Below are positions 15,401-24,696 of a DNA stretch of 64,000 bases, piece by piece. Source of the DNA: a virus (Duplodnaviria; Heunggongvirae; Uroviricota; Caudoviricetes); IMG/VR virus record IMGVR_UViG_3300046523_000117; one strand, written 5' to 3'. Within the stretch, counting starts at the first letter, position 1, and every line of letters starts with the position of its first letter. The notes beneath the pieces were generated by a model, which worked only from the letters and a program-made list of their open reading frames with translations, had not been told where the DNA came from and did not search any database. Both the position numbers and the translations under genes were made by a program.

Positions 15401-15643
15401 CTATACTTTCTCAGGGGCCAGCAAGCATTCCGGGGTATCATACTTTTCAGCAATCTCCCGAATGGTTTCGATGTATTCATCCGATGGCAGATGCTGGTAG
15501 TAAGCAAGCAATCTCGTTATATGCTCCCGGAACCTTTCATCCCCTCGCTTGAGGAAATACATCATATCCATGATCGCATATTCCCGCATGGAGCTTTCCG
15601 GGGATTCTTGGAGCTTCATGATTTTCTTGCTCCGACATCCCAT
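15401..15643 (-). CDS. hypothetical protein (80 aa)
   Basis: minus-strand ORF. Confidence 0.5.
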   Translation of the reverse strand: MGCRSKKIMKLQESPESSMREYAIMDMMYFLKRGDERFREHITRLLAYYQHLPSDEYIETIREIAEKYDTPECLLAPEKV

Positions 15644-15843
15644 CCGATGATAGCTCTTTCGAACCCCGGCTGGGCATCTTGGTAGTTCATTGAAAACTTT
15701 GGACCCCTCGCCCCGCAGTCATGGCATTCTACCCAACATTTACCCCAATGATGATTAGGGGAGGTTTTACCTTGACAGAATGGGCATACCGATAATACTG
15801 GGTACTTGGCTTCGATTGCATCTAAAGCACTGCCTATGCACAT
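15616..15843 (-). CDS. Zn-ribbon-like hypothetical protein (75 aa)
   Basis: CPFCQ...CHDC. Confidence 0.45.
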   Translation of the reverse strand: MCIGSALDAIEAKYPVLSVCPFCQGKTSPNHHWGKCWVECHDCGARGPKFSMNYQDAQPGFERAIIGWDVGARKS

Positions 15844-16016
15844 TCTTCTATTACCTCGAATGCATCAAATAGAAACCATGTATCATATCCAGCTACCGTA
15901 ATTCTTGGTGGTAGCCTTGGATCGACATTGGTAATCACATAAACCCCACCTACCACTAATTCACCCACACAGGGATGAATCCGCCGAACTTCTTTACCGA
16001 TCAATTCTTTCATCAC
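15834..16016 (-). CDS. hypothetical protein (60 aa)
   Basis: minus-strand ORF. Confidence 0.4.
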   Translation of the reverse strand: MMKELIGKEVRRIHPCVGELVVGGVYVITNVDPRLPPRITVAGYDTWFLFDAFEVIEECA

Positions 16017-16201
16017 ATACCCCTATAGGAACATTTGAAGGTATGGGAATAATTCAGGGTGTCAACCCCACATTCCGAACACCGATATTGTTCAATCAAT
16101 TTCTTATTGAACGCTATGGTCCTTGCTCTGGCCTTGGCTAACCTTTCTTCCGGGGTGCCCATCCTTGCAAGGATCTTATCAAACAAATCATCGGTGGTCA
16201 T
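16013..16201 (-). CDS. hypothetical protein (62 aa)
   Basis: minus-strand ORF; CSEC motif. Confidence 0.4.
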   Translation of the reverse strand: MTTDDLFDKILARMGTPEERLAKARARTIAFNKKLIEQYRCSECGVDTLNYSHTFKCSYRGM

Positions 16202-16373
16202 TTGATCAATTTCCCTTCACTATCCAGATATTGCGATCCGGTGATGGTCTTGGTCCGACCACATTTGATGCATTGGATATCTTGGTAACCCCACAGAGGA
16301 ATTCCAAAAATACCGCTATACCAAAAACTGATTGACTTATATCGATGGTCGCACATAAACCGGGAGAAGAATT

Positions 16374-16577
16374 TCATTCAAGCACCTTCTTGATTCGATT
16401 CAGCTTTCTATTGGCTTCTTTCAATTGATCACGCTGAATATCACGGATACGATGATTTTCGTATATCAGCCCAATCATAGACAACATGATGTCAGGATCA
16501 ATTTCCAGCATTTGCCCTGCTTCCTTCGCTTTCAATGCACGGGCTTGCATGAATCCGTAATCAATCAACAGATTCAT
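16374..16577 (-). CDS. hypothetical protein (67 aa)
   Basis: minus-strand ORF. Confidence 0.45.
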   Translation of the reverse strand: MNLLIDYGFMQARALKAKEAGQMLEIDPDIMLSMIGLIYENHRIRDIQRDQLKEANRKLNRIKKVLE

Positions 16578-16777
16578 CCAATCACCGCATCAGGGTCTTC
16601 CAGCTTATGGATGTTATCGAGGAATTCGACTGGCCTATCACTTACATACCATTCATGTCGATTCATGTTAAAGAATTCCAATACATTCCAAGCCAGACGA
16701 TAGAACATTTCATCATGGAATGCATTTGGATAGACACAATGTGTAGCACCCTTGGGATACTTTCTGATTTTGGTCAT
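16574..16777 (-). CDS. hypothetical protein (67 aa)
   Basis: minus-strand ORF with a 4-nt overlap. Confidence 0.45.
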   Translation of the reverse strand: MTKIRKYPKGATHCVYPNAFHDEMFYRLAWNVLEFFNMNRHEWYVSDRPVEFLDNIHKLEDPDAVIG

Positions 16778-17268
16778 TGGGGATTTTCCAGTTCGACAAT
16801 CCGGTATTTCAAATCAAGGATAGTTTGCTCATGTTTGTGAGCCAAACTACGCCATTGGGATTTGATCATATTGGCATCATTCAACTTTGTTTCAAGTTCC
16901 TTGATGTGTTGTTCCTTCAAATTCCGATGATACCGTGCAAGGTTCTTCTGTTCAATTTCAGCATCCCGATCAGTGGTCATAGCGTCAAGCAGGAAATTCA
17001 GGTTGAACAATTCCTTTCTGTGCTGTTCGCTTTTGGCATTGATGGTATTGCACAGCTCTTGCGGAATCACCGCTGGCCTGACATCATTCAGGTATTTGCT
17101 CAATTCATCCCGAAGGGTTTTCAGGGATTCATAATCTGTGATAATGGTTCGACCATGATCCGGGACTTTGCAGAACAGAGCGTGTTTGAAACTCCCTATC
17201 GGGGCTATCGAAATTCTACCATCAAATTGATTGTAGACATCTTTGATTTGTACTTTCATTCCGAACAT
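16774..17268 (-). CDS. coiled-coil hypothetical protein (164 aa)
   Basis: minus-strand ORF. Confidence 0.5.
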   Translation of the reverse strand: MFGMKVQIKDVYNQFDGRISIAPIGSFKHALFCKVPDHGRTIITDYESLKTLRDELSKYLNDVRPAVIPQELCNTINAKSEQHRKELFNLNFLLDAMTTDRDAEIEQKNLARYHRNLKEQHIKELETKLNDANMIKSQWRSLAHKHEQTILDLKYRIVELENPQ

Positions 17269-17489
17269 GTCCTGACTGTAGAATCTGGATTGAATGCTGG
17301 GGCCATTGCAATACTACGATCATAGAAGGTCACGTAATACACAACACCTTTCTTACAGGTTTCCCCTGCAACATCCACTCGATACTGACCTATATCAGAG
17401 AACCGGGCGGCTATTTGTTTTTCAGATGCTTGTTCACATCCACTGAGCAACATTGCCGCTGCCATAACCAAAATGAAATATTTCATCAC
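17256..17489 (-). CDS. putative lipoprotein (77 aa)
   Basis: MMKYFILVMAAAMLLSGC lipobox. Confidence 0.5.
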   Translation of the reverse strand: MMKYFILVMAAAMLLSGCEQASEKQIAARFSDIGQYRVDVAGETCKKGVVYYVTFYDRSIAMAPAFNPDSTVRTCSE

Positions 17490-17674
17490 ATCGCCTTTAT
17501 ATGATCTTGAATCAATCGCTTGACAAATTTTGAACTGGCCGTATCAATCAAATCAAGGTGTGGAATATAACCTTCGAATTCTTCTTTGGTAGTCCCGTCC
17601 GCAACCATGTCTTGGAACATGGCCCGCAGGTCTGCCATATGCTGAATGATTTCTTGATTCATTATTTGATCCAA
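17486..17674 (-). CDS. hypothetical protein (62 aa)
   Basis: minus-strand ORF. Confidence 0.4.
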   Translation of the reverse strand: MDQIMNQEIIQHMADLRAMFQDMVADGTTKEEFEGYIPHLDLIDTASSKFVKRLIQDHIKAM

Positions 17675-18159
17675 TTCTTATACGGATTATCTGATAGGTT
17701 TGAATTGTAGTATTTCGGATCACCTGTAACTTCTTTGGTAACCCATGCCGGGATTATGATCGATTCTGTTTCGGAAGTCAACTCGACTTCTGCTACGATC
17801 AGTCCGGTGTTGTCACCGTGGAAAATATCAATTTCCCAGATTTTGTCATTGAGGTTTACGACATACCTTGACTTGTCGATGATTCCGGTGCATAGCAACA
17901 TCAACTGCTTGGCTTCTTCGACATCAATTTCCTTTTCCCATTCAAACCGGGATAGGCCGTCATCCGTCGATTTACCCTTTACAGTAATGAATCCACGATA
18001 GCTACCCAATCGGATTCGAACAGTTCGATTGGGATCTTGGCTCAAATAACCTTGGGTAATCCTGATTAGTGTCAATTGGCTGGGATTAACTTGCTTACCC
18101 AGCATCGTGCTATCAACCAAAAACTTACGTTCGATTTCTATCATTGCTCTGCGAACCAT
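17662..18159 (-). CDS. CYTH-domain (triphosphate tunnel metalloenzyme, CyaB/ThTPase-like) protein
   Basis: N-terminal EIERKFLV ExExK signature, ~165 aa size and acidic beta-strand pattern typical of CYTH. Confidence 0.6.
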   Translation of the reverse strand: MVRRAMIEIERKFLVDSTMLGKQVNPSQLTLIRITQGYLSQDPNRTVRIRLGSYRGFITVKGKSTDDGLSRFEWEKEIDVEEAKQLMLLCTGIIDKSRYVVNLNDKIWEIDIFHGDNTGLIVAEVELTSETESIIIPAWVTKEVTGDPKYYNSNLSDNPYKNWIK

Positions 18160-18581
18160 TCTGTAATGGATTTCCAGTATCGATCAGACGCTACAAGGAA
18201 TTCAGCCCACAACAGGATATTATGCTGGTGGGTATCCTCAGTCCATTCACCGCCATTGTATGTATCGCCATATAGGTCGTACAACAATTCTTGATCAATG
18301 CACTTATTACCGGCTTGAATCAAATCGATCAATTCATTGGATCTTTCGGTAAACCCTTTACCCAGCAACCAAAATGCCCACGACACGTCCTTAACCTTAT
18401 CGTGCATGTAATAGTCGGTAAAGCTTTCCCCGGCATTCATTTCCCATTCACGGATTTTAACCGCTAGGACTTCCGCTGATCTTTCCATTAACCTTTCGCC
18501 TTCATTAACAATTCCATCAATTCGAATGCTTCTGTGATTTGCTTGTGGTATTGAGCTTCTGGATCGATCTTTGTACACCAC
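18141..18581 (-). CDS. hypothetical protein (146 aa)
   Basis: minus-strand ORF. Confidence 0.5.
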   Translation of the reverse strand: MVYKDRSRSSIPQANHRSIRIDGIVNEGERLMERSAEVLAVKIREWEMNAGESFTDYYMHDKVKDVSWAFWLLGKGFTERSNELIDLIQAGNKCIDQELLYDLYGDTYNGGEWTEDTHQHNILLWAEFLVASDRYWKSITEWFAEQ

Positions 18582-18736
18582 CCACGATCACAGGATTTGA
18601 TTACCGGCTTTGACCCCGGCTTTACATCAATTCGCTGGTATTCGATGGTTCGACCGGCCTTGAGAACCTTCCAATAGCCTTTGTGGTAGCCGAGAACAAT
18701 ATCCCCGACTTCAATACCATGACCTCTTACTTCCAT
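18488..18736 (-). CDS. hypothetical protein (82 aa)
   Basis: minus-strand ORF; its overlap with 18141..18581 suggests the true start lies further in. Confidence 0.4.
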   Translation of the reverse strand: MEVRGHGIEVGDIVLGYHKGYWKVLKAGRTIEYQRIDVKPGSKPVIKSCDRGWCTKIDPEAQYHKQITEAFELMELLMKAKG

Positions 18737-18936
18737 GCTTTCACCTTGATTACATCAAAGATATAGACCGGCCAGAGCAAGGCTAATCCCAGATAGAAGA
18801 ATTTGTTGTAATGGTCATGCAGAATCAGGAACGCGGCAGACAATACCCACCCAATTCCATAAATGACTGCGATGATAATCAATATGATCCAAATCATTTG
18901 GACACCTTCGGCTGTGGGATAAAACCACCCAAACAA
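18727..18936 (-). CDS. small membrane protein (69 aa)
   Basis: hydrophobic. Confidence 0.45.
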   Translation of the reverse strand: MFGWFYPTAEGVQMIWIILIIIAVIYGIGWVLSAAFLILHDHYNKFFYLGLALLWPVYIFDVIKVKAWK

Positions 18937-19100
18937 TTCAGCGGGTCATATCCGGGTTTGGTAGAAGCATTGATAATACACTTCGGGAATTTGAGAAAAT
19001 CCTCGATGTCTTTGGTTGGGTCCGACAATTGGGTAACCAATTCTTGGTATTGCTTCAATTGCTCAGGGGTCATATTGGCGTGGCTCATTTTTCGGTACAA
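18894..19100 (-). CDS. hypothetical protein (68 aa)
   Basis: minus-strand ORF. Confidence 0.4.
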   Translation of the reverse strand: MYRKMSHANMTPEQLKQYQELVTQLSDPTKDIEDFLKFPKCIINASTKPGYDPLNCLGGFIPQPKVSK

Positions 19101-19267
19101 CTTGTCATGACCGAAACAGACATTTCAGTCCAATTAGCGGCTCTGGTGAAATCCTTGTGTAATTGCGTTTCCGCAGATGTACAGGCTTCGTGGCCGTTGT
19201 ACTCATGGGATTGCAGAACCATGCCTTTCGGGTCTGTCAACAGAACCCACAAAATAAATATTTTCAT
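19085..19267 (-). CDS. hypothetical protein (60 aa)
   Basis: minus-strand ORF. Confidence 0.4.
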   Translation of the reverse strand: MKIFILWVLLTDPKGMVLQSHEYNGHEACTSAETQLHKDFTRAANWTEMSVSVMTSCTEK

Positions 19268-19476
19268 TCAATTTCCTTTGGTACAGGTTTGGGTAACGCC
19301 GCGTAAACCCTTTGGGCGAATTCAAGTGGTAGGTGTGGGATTGCTTCTTTTAGGAGAACACACAACTCCCCAGCGGCCAAGGCTACTTTGAATAGTTCCT
19401 TGACATCGACATATTGACCTTGAGTATCAGGGTACAATCCACCAACACCGTCACGAACTTCTCTATACCGAATCAT
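19264..19476 (-). CDS. hypothetical protein (70 aa)
   Basis: minus-strand ORF. Confidence 0.45.
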   Translation of the reverse strand: MIRYREVRDGVGGLYPDTQGQYVDVKELFKVALAAGELCVLLKEAIPHLPLEFAQRVYAALPKPVPKEIE

Positions 19477-19922
19477 GGATTATGCCCTAATAATGTGTAG
19501 GCATGATTGAGTCGTTCTTTCAGGCCAATGATTCGTTGGGATTGTTCATCCCGTTGTATCCGAGCGGTAGCCTTCATCGACTTTTCAGCGTCACGATCAG
19601 CGGTCATGGTTTCGAGTTGCAATTTCAACTTCTCGATTTCAGTCGCGTAGTAATGTTCGTTCTTGGCAAGGTCTTCATTCGCAACCCCGGACGCCATATT
19701 GTATTCATGGAGTTGGGTCCGCATGTCGGCGGTGTCCTTGATATGTTCCAAAGTCATCAACCGACGAGCTTCGGAAACCTGAGCTTCGACAAACACGTCA
19801 ACCGCATCGGCCTTGACCCATTTACCTTCCGGGGTTTCCTTAATTGATAGAACCCCGACATAGCTTGGCTCGCCCCAACTGGTGGTGTAATCCGCGTAAG
19901 CCGAAATATCGTATTTGATCAT
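19473..19922 (-). CDS. coiled-coil hypothetical protein (149 aa)
   Basis: minus-strand ORF. Confidence 0.5.
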   Translation of the reverse strand: MIKYDISAYADYTTSWGEPSYVGVLSIKETPEGKWVKADAVDVFVEAQVSEARRLMTLEHIKDTADMRTQLHEYNMASGVANEDLAKNEHYYATEIEKLKLQLETMTADRDAEKSMKATARIQRDEQSQRIIGLKERLNHAYTLLGHNP

Positions 19923-20221
19923 TACATCAATTCCATCAAATAGTCTTCGGTAAGATCGCAGAACCCTCTAGGCCAAGCATTCAATCTTGCCCCGGAATCT
20001 GGATACATCATTTTATCTTGAAACTTGAACCCTACGTCGGTGGCTTGTACCACACCACGTTTGATCAAAACCCGGAATGCGTCAAAGATCATCGTTTGGG
20101 AGAACTTGACTTCGTGGATAGCATTCGAGTCGTTGGCCCGTTCTACAAAGCTTTGGGCGGTTTCCATTGCCTTGACATCAGGAACACAAATCCCATCTGG
20201 GTGATATTCTAAAATAATCAT
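19922..20221 (-). CDS. hypothetical protein (99 aa)
   Basis: minus-strand ORF. Confidence 0.5.
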   Translation of the reverse strand: MIILEYHPDGICVPDVKAMETAQSFVERANDSNAIHEVKFSQTMIFDAFRVLIKRGVVQATDVGFKFQDKMMYPDSGARLNAWPRGFCDLTEDYLMELM

Positions 20222-20355
20222 TTCTTCAATCTCTTTTTACCCATGCGGGTTTTACACTCTGGGCATTTTGATCCAATAGCGACTATAGCTTTGTCGCAGG
20301 AACAATACCCTTTACCCAATTTGGGGGATTTGGCTTGGATTCGATTTCTGCCCAT
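20218..20355 (-). CDS. Zn-ribbon micro-protein (45 aa, below the ORF-track cutoff)
   Basis: hand translation MGRNRIQAKSPKLGKGYCSCDKAIVAIGSKCPECKTRMGKKRLKK; TGATG and ATGA overlaps with both neighbours. Confidence 0.45.
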   Translation of the reverse strand: MGRNRIQAKSPKLGKGYCSCDKAIVAIGSKCPECKTRMGKKRLKK

Positions 20356-20555
20356 CACCACCCGCCGCAGATGTTGATACCCATGACTTCGGGCTTACCA
20401 TCTAGTCGATCAATGATTTGAAGTGTTTCCGACAATCTGGAATAACACACATCAATCCCTTCACCATTTAGCTTGATGCTGAAATGGCCGTACTGGTTTT
20501 GATATACATCATATCCCTTGTACCAAATAACCACAGGGGAAATTGCAATGATCAT
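20355..20555 (-). CDS. hypothetical protein (66 aa)
   Basis: minus-strand ORF. Confidence 0.45.
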   Translation of the reverse strand: MIIAISPVVIWYKGYDVYQNQYGHFSIKLNGEGIDVCYSRLSETLQIIDRLDGKPEVMGINICGGW

Positions 20556-21037
20556 TTACCCACCATTACATCAATGTCCTTGACAACTGCATCAATTTCC
20601 GCGAACCACATGTCAGTCGTTGGGTGGGATTTCGAATTGCGGATGTCTTGGATCAACTCACGGAACCGGGTGATTTGCTGATCCCGACGATTCAATTCCT
20701 TGTACAAGGCTCTATCAGTGCGATCCCCGTACTTCGAGAACCGCATTAACCAGTGAGCTTGCTCGTTCTGGATCTTACACAGAGCAAAGTGATAGTTAAT
20801 GCTTCGGCGTTTTTCATCCGGGTACAGGCTGTGCATTCGTTCTTGATCTAGTTTGAGCTTCCGAATTTCTTCTTGGGCGTCAAGTAATAGCTGTTCATCG
20901 ATCAAATTAACGATCTTGGTATTTTGGTCTTTACCGAACAGACGTTCAATAACATCACGATCATCAATACCACACAAATGCAACTTGTTGGTTTCGATAT
21001 TCAATAAGGCCCAACCTACTACATTAGTCGTGGTCAC
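20552..21037 (-). CDS. hypothetical protein (161 aa)
   Basis: minus-strand ORF (GTG start in the track). Confidence 0.5.
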   Translation of the reverse strand: MTTTNVVGWALLNIETNKLHLCGIDDRDVIERLFGKDQNTKIVNLIDEQLLLDAQEEIRKLKLDQERMHSLYPDEKRRSINYHFALCKIQNEQAHWLMRFSKYGDRTDRALYKELNRRDQQITRFRELIQDIRNSKSHPTTDMWFAEIDAVVKDIDVMVGK

Positions 21038-21103
21038 TATCCCAGTCCTCTTGATTACGACGACGCTCTGCCAATTCCTCGGCGTCTTGCCATTCTTGTT
21101 CGG

Positions 21104-21217
21104 TCAATCCAAACTCCTTGTGGGTGAACCACATTTAGGGCAGGTATAGTTTGGCCCCATGAATCGATAGTGTGCCCACCAGCCACACGCGGTACTAACG
21201 CAAGCTACATAACCCAT
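21104..21217 (-). CDS. Zn-ribbon micro-protein (37 aa)
   Basis: hand translation [37 protein letters not shown]; TAATG overlap with the upstream gene. Confidence 0.35.
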   Translation of the reverse strand: MGYVACVSTACGWWAHYRFMGPNYTCPKCGSPTRSLD

Positions 21218-21504
21218 TAGCTAATCTCAATTGGTCTAGTGTATTGGCCCCAATCATCGGATTCTGTAAGCAGAACCGAATCAATGACCTTGTAAGGTTC
21301 CCCTCGTTCTTTCAGGAATTGAATCCCGCCGATACAGGGTTTCGAGTTGTCTTTGTGACATGCCCACGTTTTACCATGATGCACCCGCATGGTGCGGATG
21401 TCCCAAGGCTCTGGAAGGCAGCCGTAGTTTTGAACCTGTTCACTTGCCTCTGTCCATGCGAACGGGCAAGTTGCGTCCGGGTCATCGTGATCGCAAACGC
21501 TCAT
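21217..21504 (-). CDS. hypothetical Cys-rich protein (95 aa)
   Basis: minus-strand ORF. Confidence 0.5.
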   Translation of the reverse strand: MSVCDHDDPDATCPFAWTEASEQVQNYGCLPEPWDIRTMRVHHGKTWACHKDNSKPCIGGIQFLKERGEPYKVIDSVLLTESDDWGQYTRPIEIS

Positions 21505-21661
21505 TTGATGTTTCTCAGTCTAAGCGGATCAACAACCGACCAATAAGCCCGATAGGCTCGAACGTACTCCACGTAGAAGTCGTCAACTTGATCGGACCCT
21601 GTATTGTCCTGATAGTCCAATTGAGCGACAACCAGTTTCATTCGAAGGTCTTCGGTATCCA

Positions 21662-21922
21662 TTAACAATGAATCTCGATTTTAGTAGCCACTGGGTTACC
21701 GTTAACGATTTCCATGATATGGGATAACCGACCGATAGCATTGGAAACCATTGAACATTCTTCACGCCACTTTGTACCATCCCATTGAACTGGAATAGAC
21801 CAGATGGTTGCGTACTGTCCGGGGAACTTCTTATAAACCATACGGTTTCTAGTTCCACTGGCGGATACGGCTCTCAGAACCGTACCAATCGGAATATCAT
21901 CAATATGTAAATGAAGTGTCAT
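21662..21922 (-). CDS. hypothetical protein (86 aa)
   Basis: minus-strand ORF. Confidence 0.45.
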   Translation of the reverse strand: MTLHLHIDDIPIGTVLRAVSASGTRNRMVYKKFPGQYATIWSIPVQWDGTKWREECSMVSNAIGRLSHIMEIVNGNPVATKIEIHC

Positions 21923-22494
21923 TAGCCCACCAACAGGTCTGGACCGTCGATATGTTCAATCCACAGACGTTCCAGCTTCTGGTAATCCGCGATACCCAGA
22001 TAGATTTCCGGCTCGTTGACCAAAAGCATCAATTCCTCAAGGAAATTCAGATTGTGCTTTTTGGTGACTACGGCCTGATACGGCAGCAGGCGGTAGTCGC
22101 TCCACTTCTCAAGGTGCGATGGAGTCAGGTTTTCCAGAACATCCCAGTCGAGGTTCGTCCAGAATTCGTAATTGAAGTCTTCAACAGAACGGCTCAGCTC
22201 GTAGACGTTGATTGAAGTCCGATCACCAACCTTGATGAACCCGAACCATGTGATAGGTTCATACTTGACATTGCGTACCCGAGCGACGGAATAGTCCCGC
22301 CATGCTTTACCAGAATCTCGGTACGCATCCAGCTCAAGGATCTTGACCCCACGATTTACATCAAACTCGGCTTGGGCGACGATATCCTGTTCGGCCAATT
22401 CCGCATTCAGTTTCTGGAGGTACATCAACAAGGCACTGACCTTGCCGTTCAAGTCGGAACCGCTGATTTTCACATAACCGTCAATATTTTTCAT
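21922..22494 (-). CDS. hypothetical protein (190 aa)
   Basis: minus-strand ORF. Confidence 0.55.
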   Translation of the reverse strand: MKNIDGYVKISGSDLNGKVSALLMYLQKLNAELAEQDIVAQAEFDVNRGVKILELDAYRDSGKAWRDYSVARVRNVKYEPITWFGFIKVGDRTSINVYELSRSVEDFNYEFWTNLDWDVLENLTPSHLEKWSDYRLLPYQAVVTKKHNLNFLEELMLLVNEPEIYLGIADYQKLERLWIEHIDGPDLLVG

Positions 22495-22928
22495 ACTTCA
22501 ACCTTATCAATTCGAATTTTGTACCCAATATCCGGGGTATCAAGTTCCCAGAAATTACGACGGGTTTCTGGGATGTTCATGCTACGTGCAAAACTATGGG
22601 CGGCTAGTGAAACTTCATCCCATTCCATAGACGGAAAATCAATTTCCCCTACGCACACGCCATTGAAATACTGGGTGAACACTAATTGAAACAATGGGTC
22701 TGGGGTTACTTGTTCCAGATATTGTTTCTCAACCCGGCATTCCGCATATGATTTCCCAAAGTCTTCTGGGGTGAACCAATACGACACAATCGTATTGTCT
22801 TTGTACTTCCAGTATGCGCGATCCGCGTATACCACATCACCCTTCTTGGCGAAGAAATAATCTTGGATGTACACCAATTTGATCATTTCCCGCTGGGCGA
22901 CCGGTTCGAAGTCGCAATCACACGTCAT
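22491..22928 (-). CDS. hypothetical protein (145 aa)
   Basis: minus-strand ORF. Confidence 0.55.
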   Translation of the reverse strand: MTCDCDFEPVAQREMIKLVYIQDYFFAKKGDVVYADRAYWKYKDNTIVSYWFTPEDFGKSYAECRVEKQYLEQVTPDPLFQLVFTQYFNGVCVGEIDFPSMEWDEVSLAAHSFARSMNIPETRRNFWELDTPDIGYKIRIDKVEV

Positions 22929-23145
22929 CGGATTTCAACCATTCGAAGAATCGTTCGAACAATTTGGCTTCGAGCATACCAGCAAAACCGTAGCACACCG
23001 TAGCAAACATCAAAACGAATGATGTCATAGCCCCGACGAACCCCAGACCGAAGCTATCAATTTGTGGGAAGTAAAACATCCCAACCCAGCTCAAGACGAA
23101 TAACAACCCAACGCCGATCCATTTATGTTTCGATTTCAATTTCAC
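22918..23145 (-). CDS. small membrane protein (75 aa)
   Basis: two hydrophobic helices. Confidence 0.5.
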   Translation of the reverse strand: MKLKSKHKWIGVGLLFVLSWVGMFYFPQIDSFGLGFVGAMTSFVLMFATVCYGFAGMLEAKLFERFFEWLKSDDV

Positions 23146-23591
23146 AGTTCAATATCCGGTGTTTGTGGTAGATAGGCCCAACGTGGGTAACAGACCTTGT
23201 ACATATTCCAGTGAGTCAGGGAAATGATATCCCAACGCTTCTTGTCAACCACCCAGACAATGATGTTACCCCAAGCATCACATAGCTCAAATTCGGGTTG
23301 GTATTCACCGTCAGATGGATAGGTCGCTTGAAGCTTCGCAGCACGGTTCTTATCCATGCTCATTTTCTTCAATTTCAAGGTTCGGATTCGGTCGATGATC
23401 TTTTCGAATTCCATCGCCTTATCCTTCAACGCTTCCTGTTCCGGGGTTTCCGGTTGGTCGCAATCTGGGCAGTCGTCCAGACGATAAAGTGGGCGTTGAC
23501 ACCCGATACAAGGATGCATTTGATTTGCTGCCATGTTGATTCCTCCTTTCGATTTGAGAATTCTACCACGATTCAATTCTATGTCAAACAC
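23142..23591 (-). CDS. Zn-ribbon protein (149 aa)
   Basis: HPCIGCQRPLYRLDDCPDCD. Confidence 0.5.
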   Translation of the reverse strand: MFDIELNRGRILKSKGGINMAANQMHPCIGCQRPLYRLDDCPDCDQPETPEQEALKDKAMEFEKIIDRIRTLKLKKMSMDKNRAAKLQATYPSDGEYQPEFELCDAWGNIIVWVVDKKRWDIISLTHWNMYKVCYPRWAYLPQTPDIEL

Positions 23592-23599
23592 TTTTGAAA

Positions 23600-23633
23600 T
23601 AAAAAAGCCCCGGAAATCCGAGGCTTTTGTATC
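23600..23633. terminator. rho-independent terminator
   Basis: AAAAAAGCCCCGGaaatCCGAGGCTTTTG. Confidence 0.6.
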
Positions 23634-23636
23634 AAA

Positions 23637-23873
23637 TTACTCTGGCACTTCCATCCCTAACAGATTGGTCAGTGCAGATTGAATAGCTTCCGCAAACTCA
23701 AAGTCATCCTGATTCAGAGGTTCAACGCCGACGTTGAAAATGCGATCATCTTGGTTCATCAACAGGGTCGCTTCGACGCTGAATTGCTGAACAGCTTGGT
23801 CTACAGTATCAGCGTCAATCACCGAAGTGATTAAATCATATTCTGATGTTACGACCGATACACCAACGATCAC
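23637..23873 (-). CDS. acidic hypothetical protein (78 aa)
   Basis: minus-strand ORF. Confidence 0.45.
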   Translation of the reverse strand: MIVGVSVVTSEYDLITSVIDADTVDQAVQQFSVEATLLMNQDDRIFNVGVEPLNQDDFEFAEAIQSALTNLLGMEVPE

Positions 23874-24157
23874 ACCACGGCCTTATCGGCGGTTTTGGTA
23901 ACTGGGGTTGGGTCAAGCTTGAGGTGCTTGTAGATCCAATCACGCACTTCATAAGCAAACCCTTGGTCTTCCTGATTCACTGCGGTAACCATCGCGTTTG
24001 AAAACATTTCCTCCGGCGCACTTAACCCCGAAATACGGTTAAGTTCAAATCCGGCGATATGTTCGGCAATGTGTTCATCTGCCAAATCGTCGGGGGTCAG
24101 TTTATGGATGGTTTGCATCAATTGTTTGTCGGTTGCGATTGCGATTGCAATAATCAT
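23870..24157 (-). CDS. hypothetical protein (95 aa)
   Basis: minus-strand ORF. Confidence 0.45.
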   Translation of the reverse strand: MIIAIAIATDKQLMQTIHKLTPDDLADEHIAEHIAGFELNRISGLSAPEEMFSNAMVTAVNQEDQGFAYEVRDWIYKHLKLDPTPVTKTADKAVV

Positions 24158-24696
24158 TCTTTATTCTCAGTTGGTGTGGTATCGCATTTAGGATACCCGC
24201 ATTGAAGGTTGTGGAAAGGACATCCACCTTTTTGTTTCTTGTGTGGGCATAGACCCCATACAGGATCGGCGGCTGGTTCCGGGTATTTGGGTAAAATGTT
24301 CCAAGGAGAATCCCAACGGCTGGCGGTTGCGCGCCCACGGTCATGATCCCTGTTGTAACGCCATCCACCATCAGAGAACCGGGCGGTTTCATAGCCTCTG
24401 GTGTCACTGAGCTGGATGCATTCGACTTCTGTACCGCGAAGGGTTTTGAACTTATCCCCGATCTTGAACGGAATCGATCCACTCATACCTTTGGAGAAAT
24501 TCGTAACCCCGGCCATTTCCAGAATACCGGTGCATTGAAACATTTCATCAATTGATTCTTTGACTGGTTTGGTATCCAGCAGTTCAATTGGCACGTAGCC
24601 TTCGCCTTTACACACCGCACAATCAATCGATTTGTTCAAATCATATTCAAATTGACGGTGACCGTTGCAGGCGTGGCATTTGTACAGAGTAGTCAT
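24154..24696 (-). CDS. DnaJ-type zinc-finger (CxxCxGxG) protein (180 aa)
   Basis: CHACNGHR ... CAVCKGEG repeats. Confidence 0.5.
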   Translation of the reverse strand: MTTLYKCHACNGHRQFEYDLNKSIDCAVCKGEGYVPIELLDTKPVKESIDEMFQCTGILEMAGVTNFSKGMSGSIPFKIGDKFKTLRGTEVECIQLSDTRGYETARFSDGGWRYNRDHDRGRATASRWDSPWNILPKYPEPAADPVWGLCPHKKQKGGCPFHNLQCGYPKCDTTPTENKE

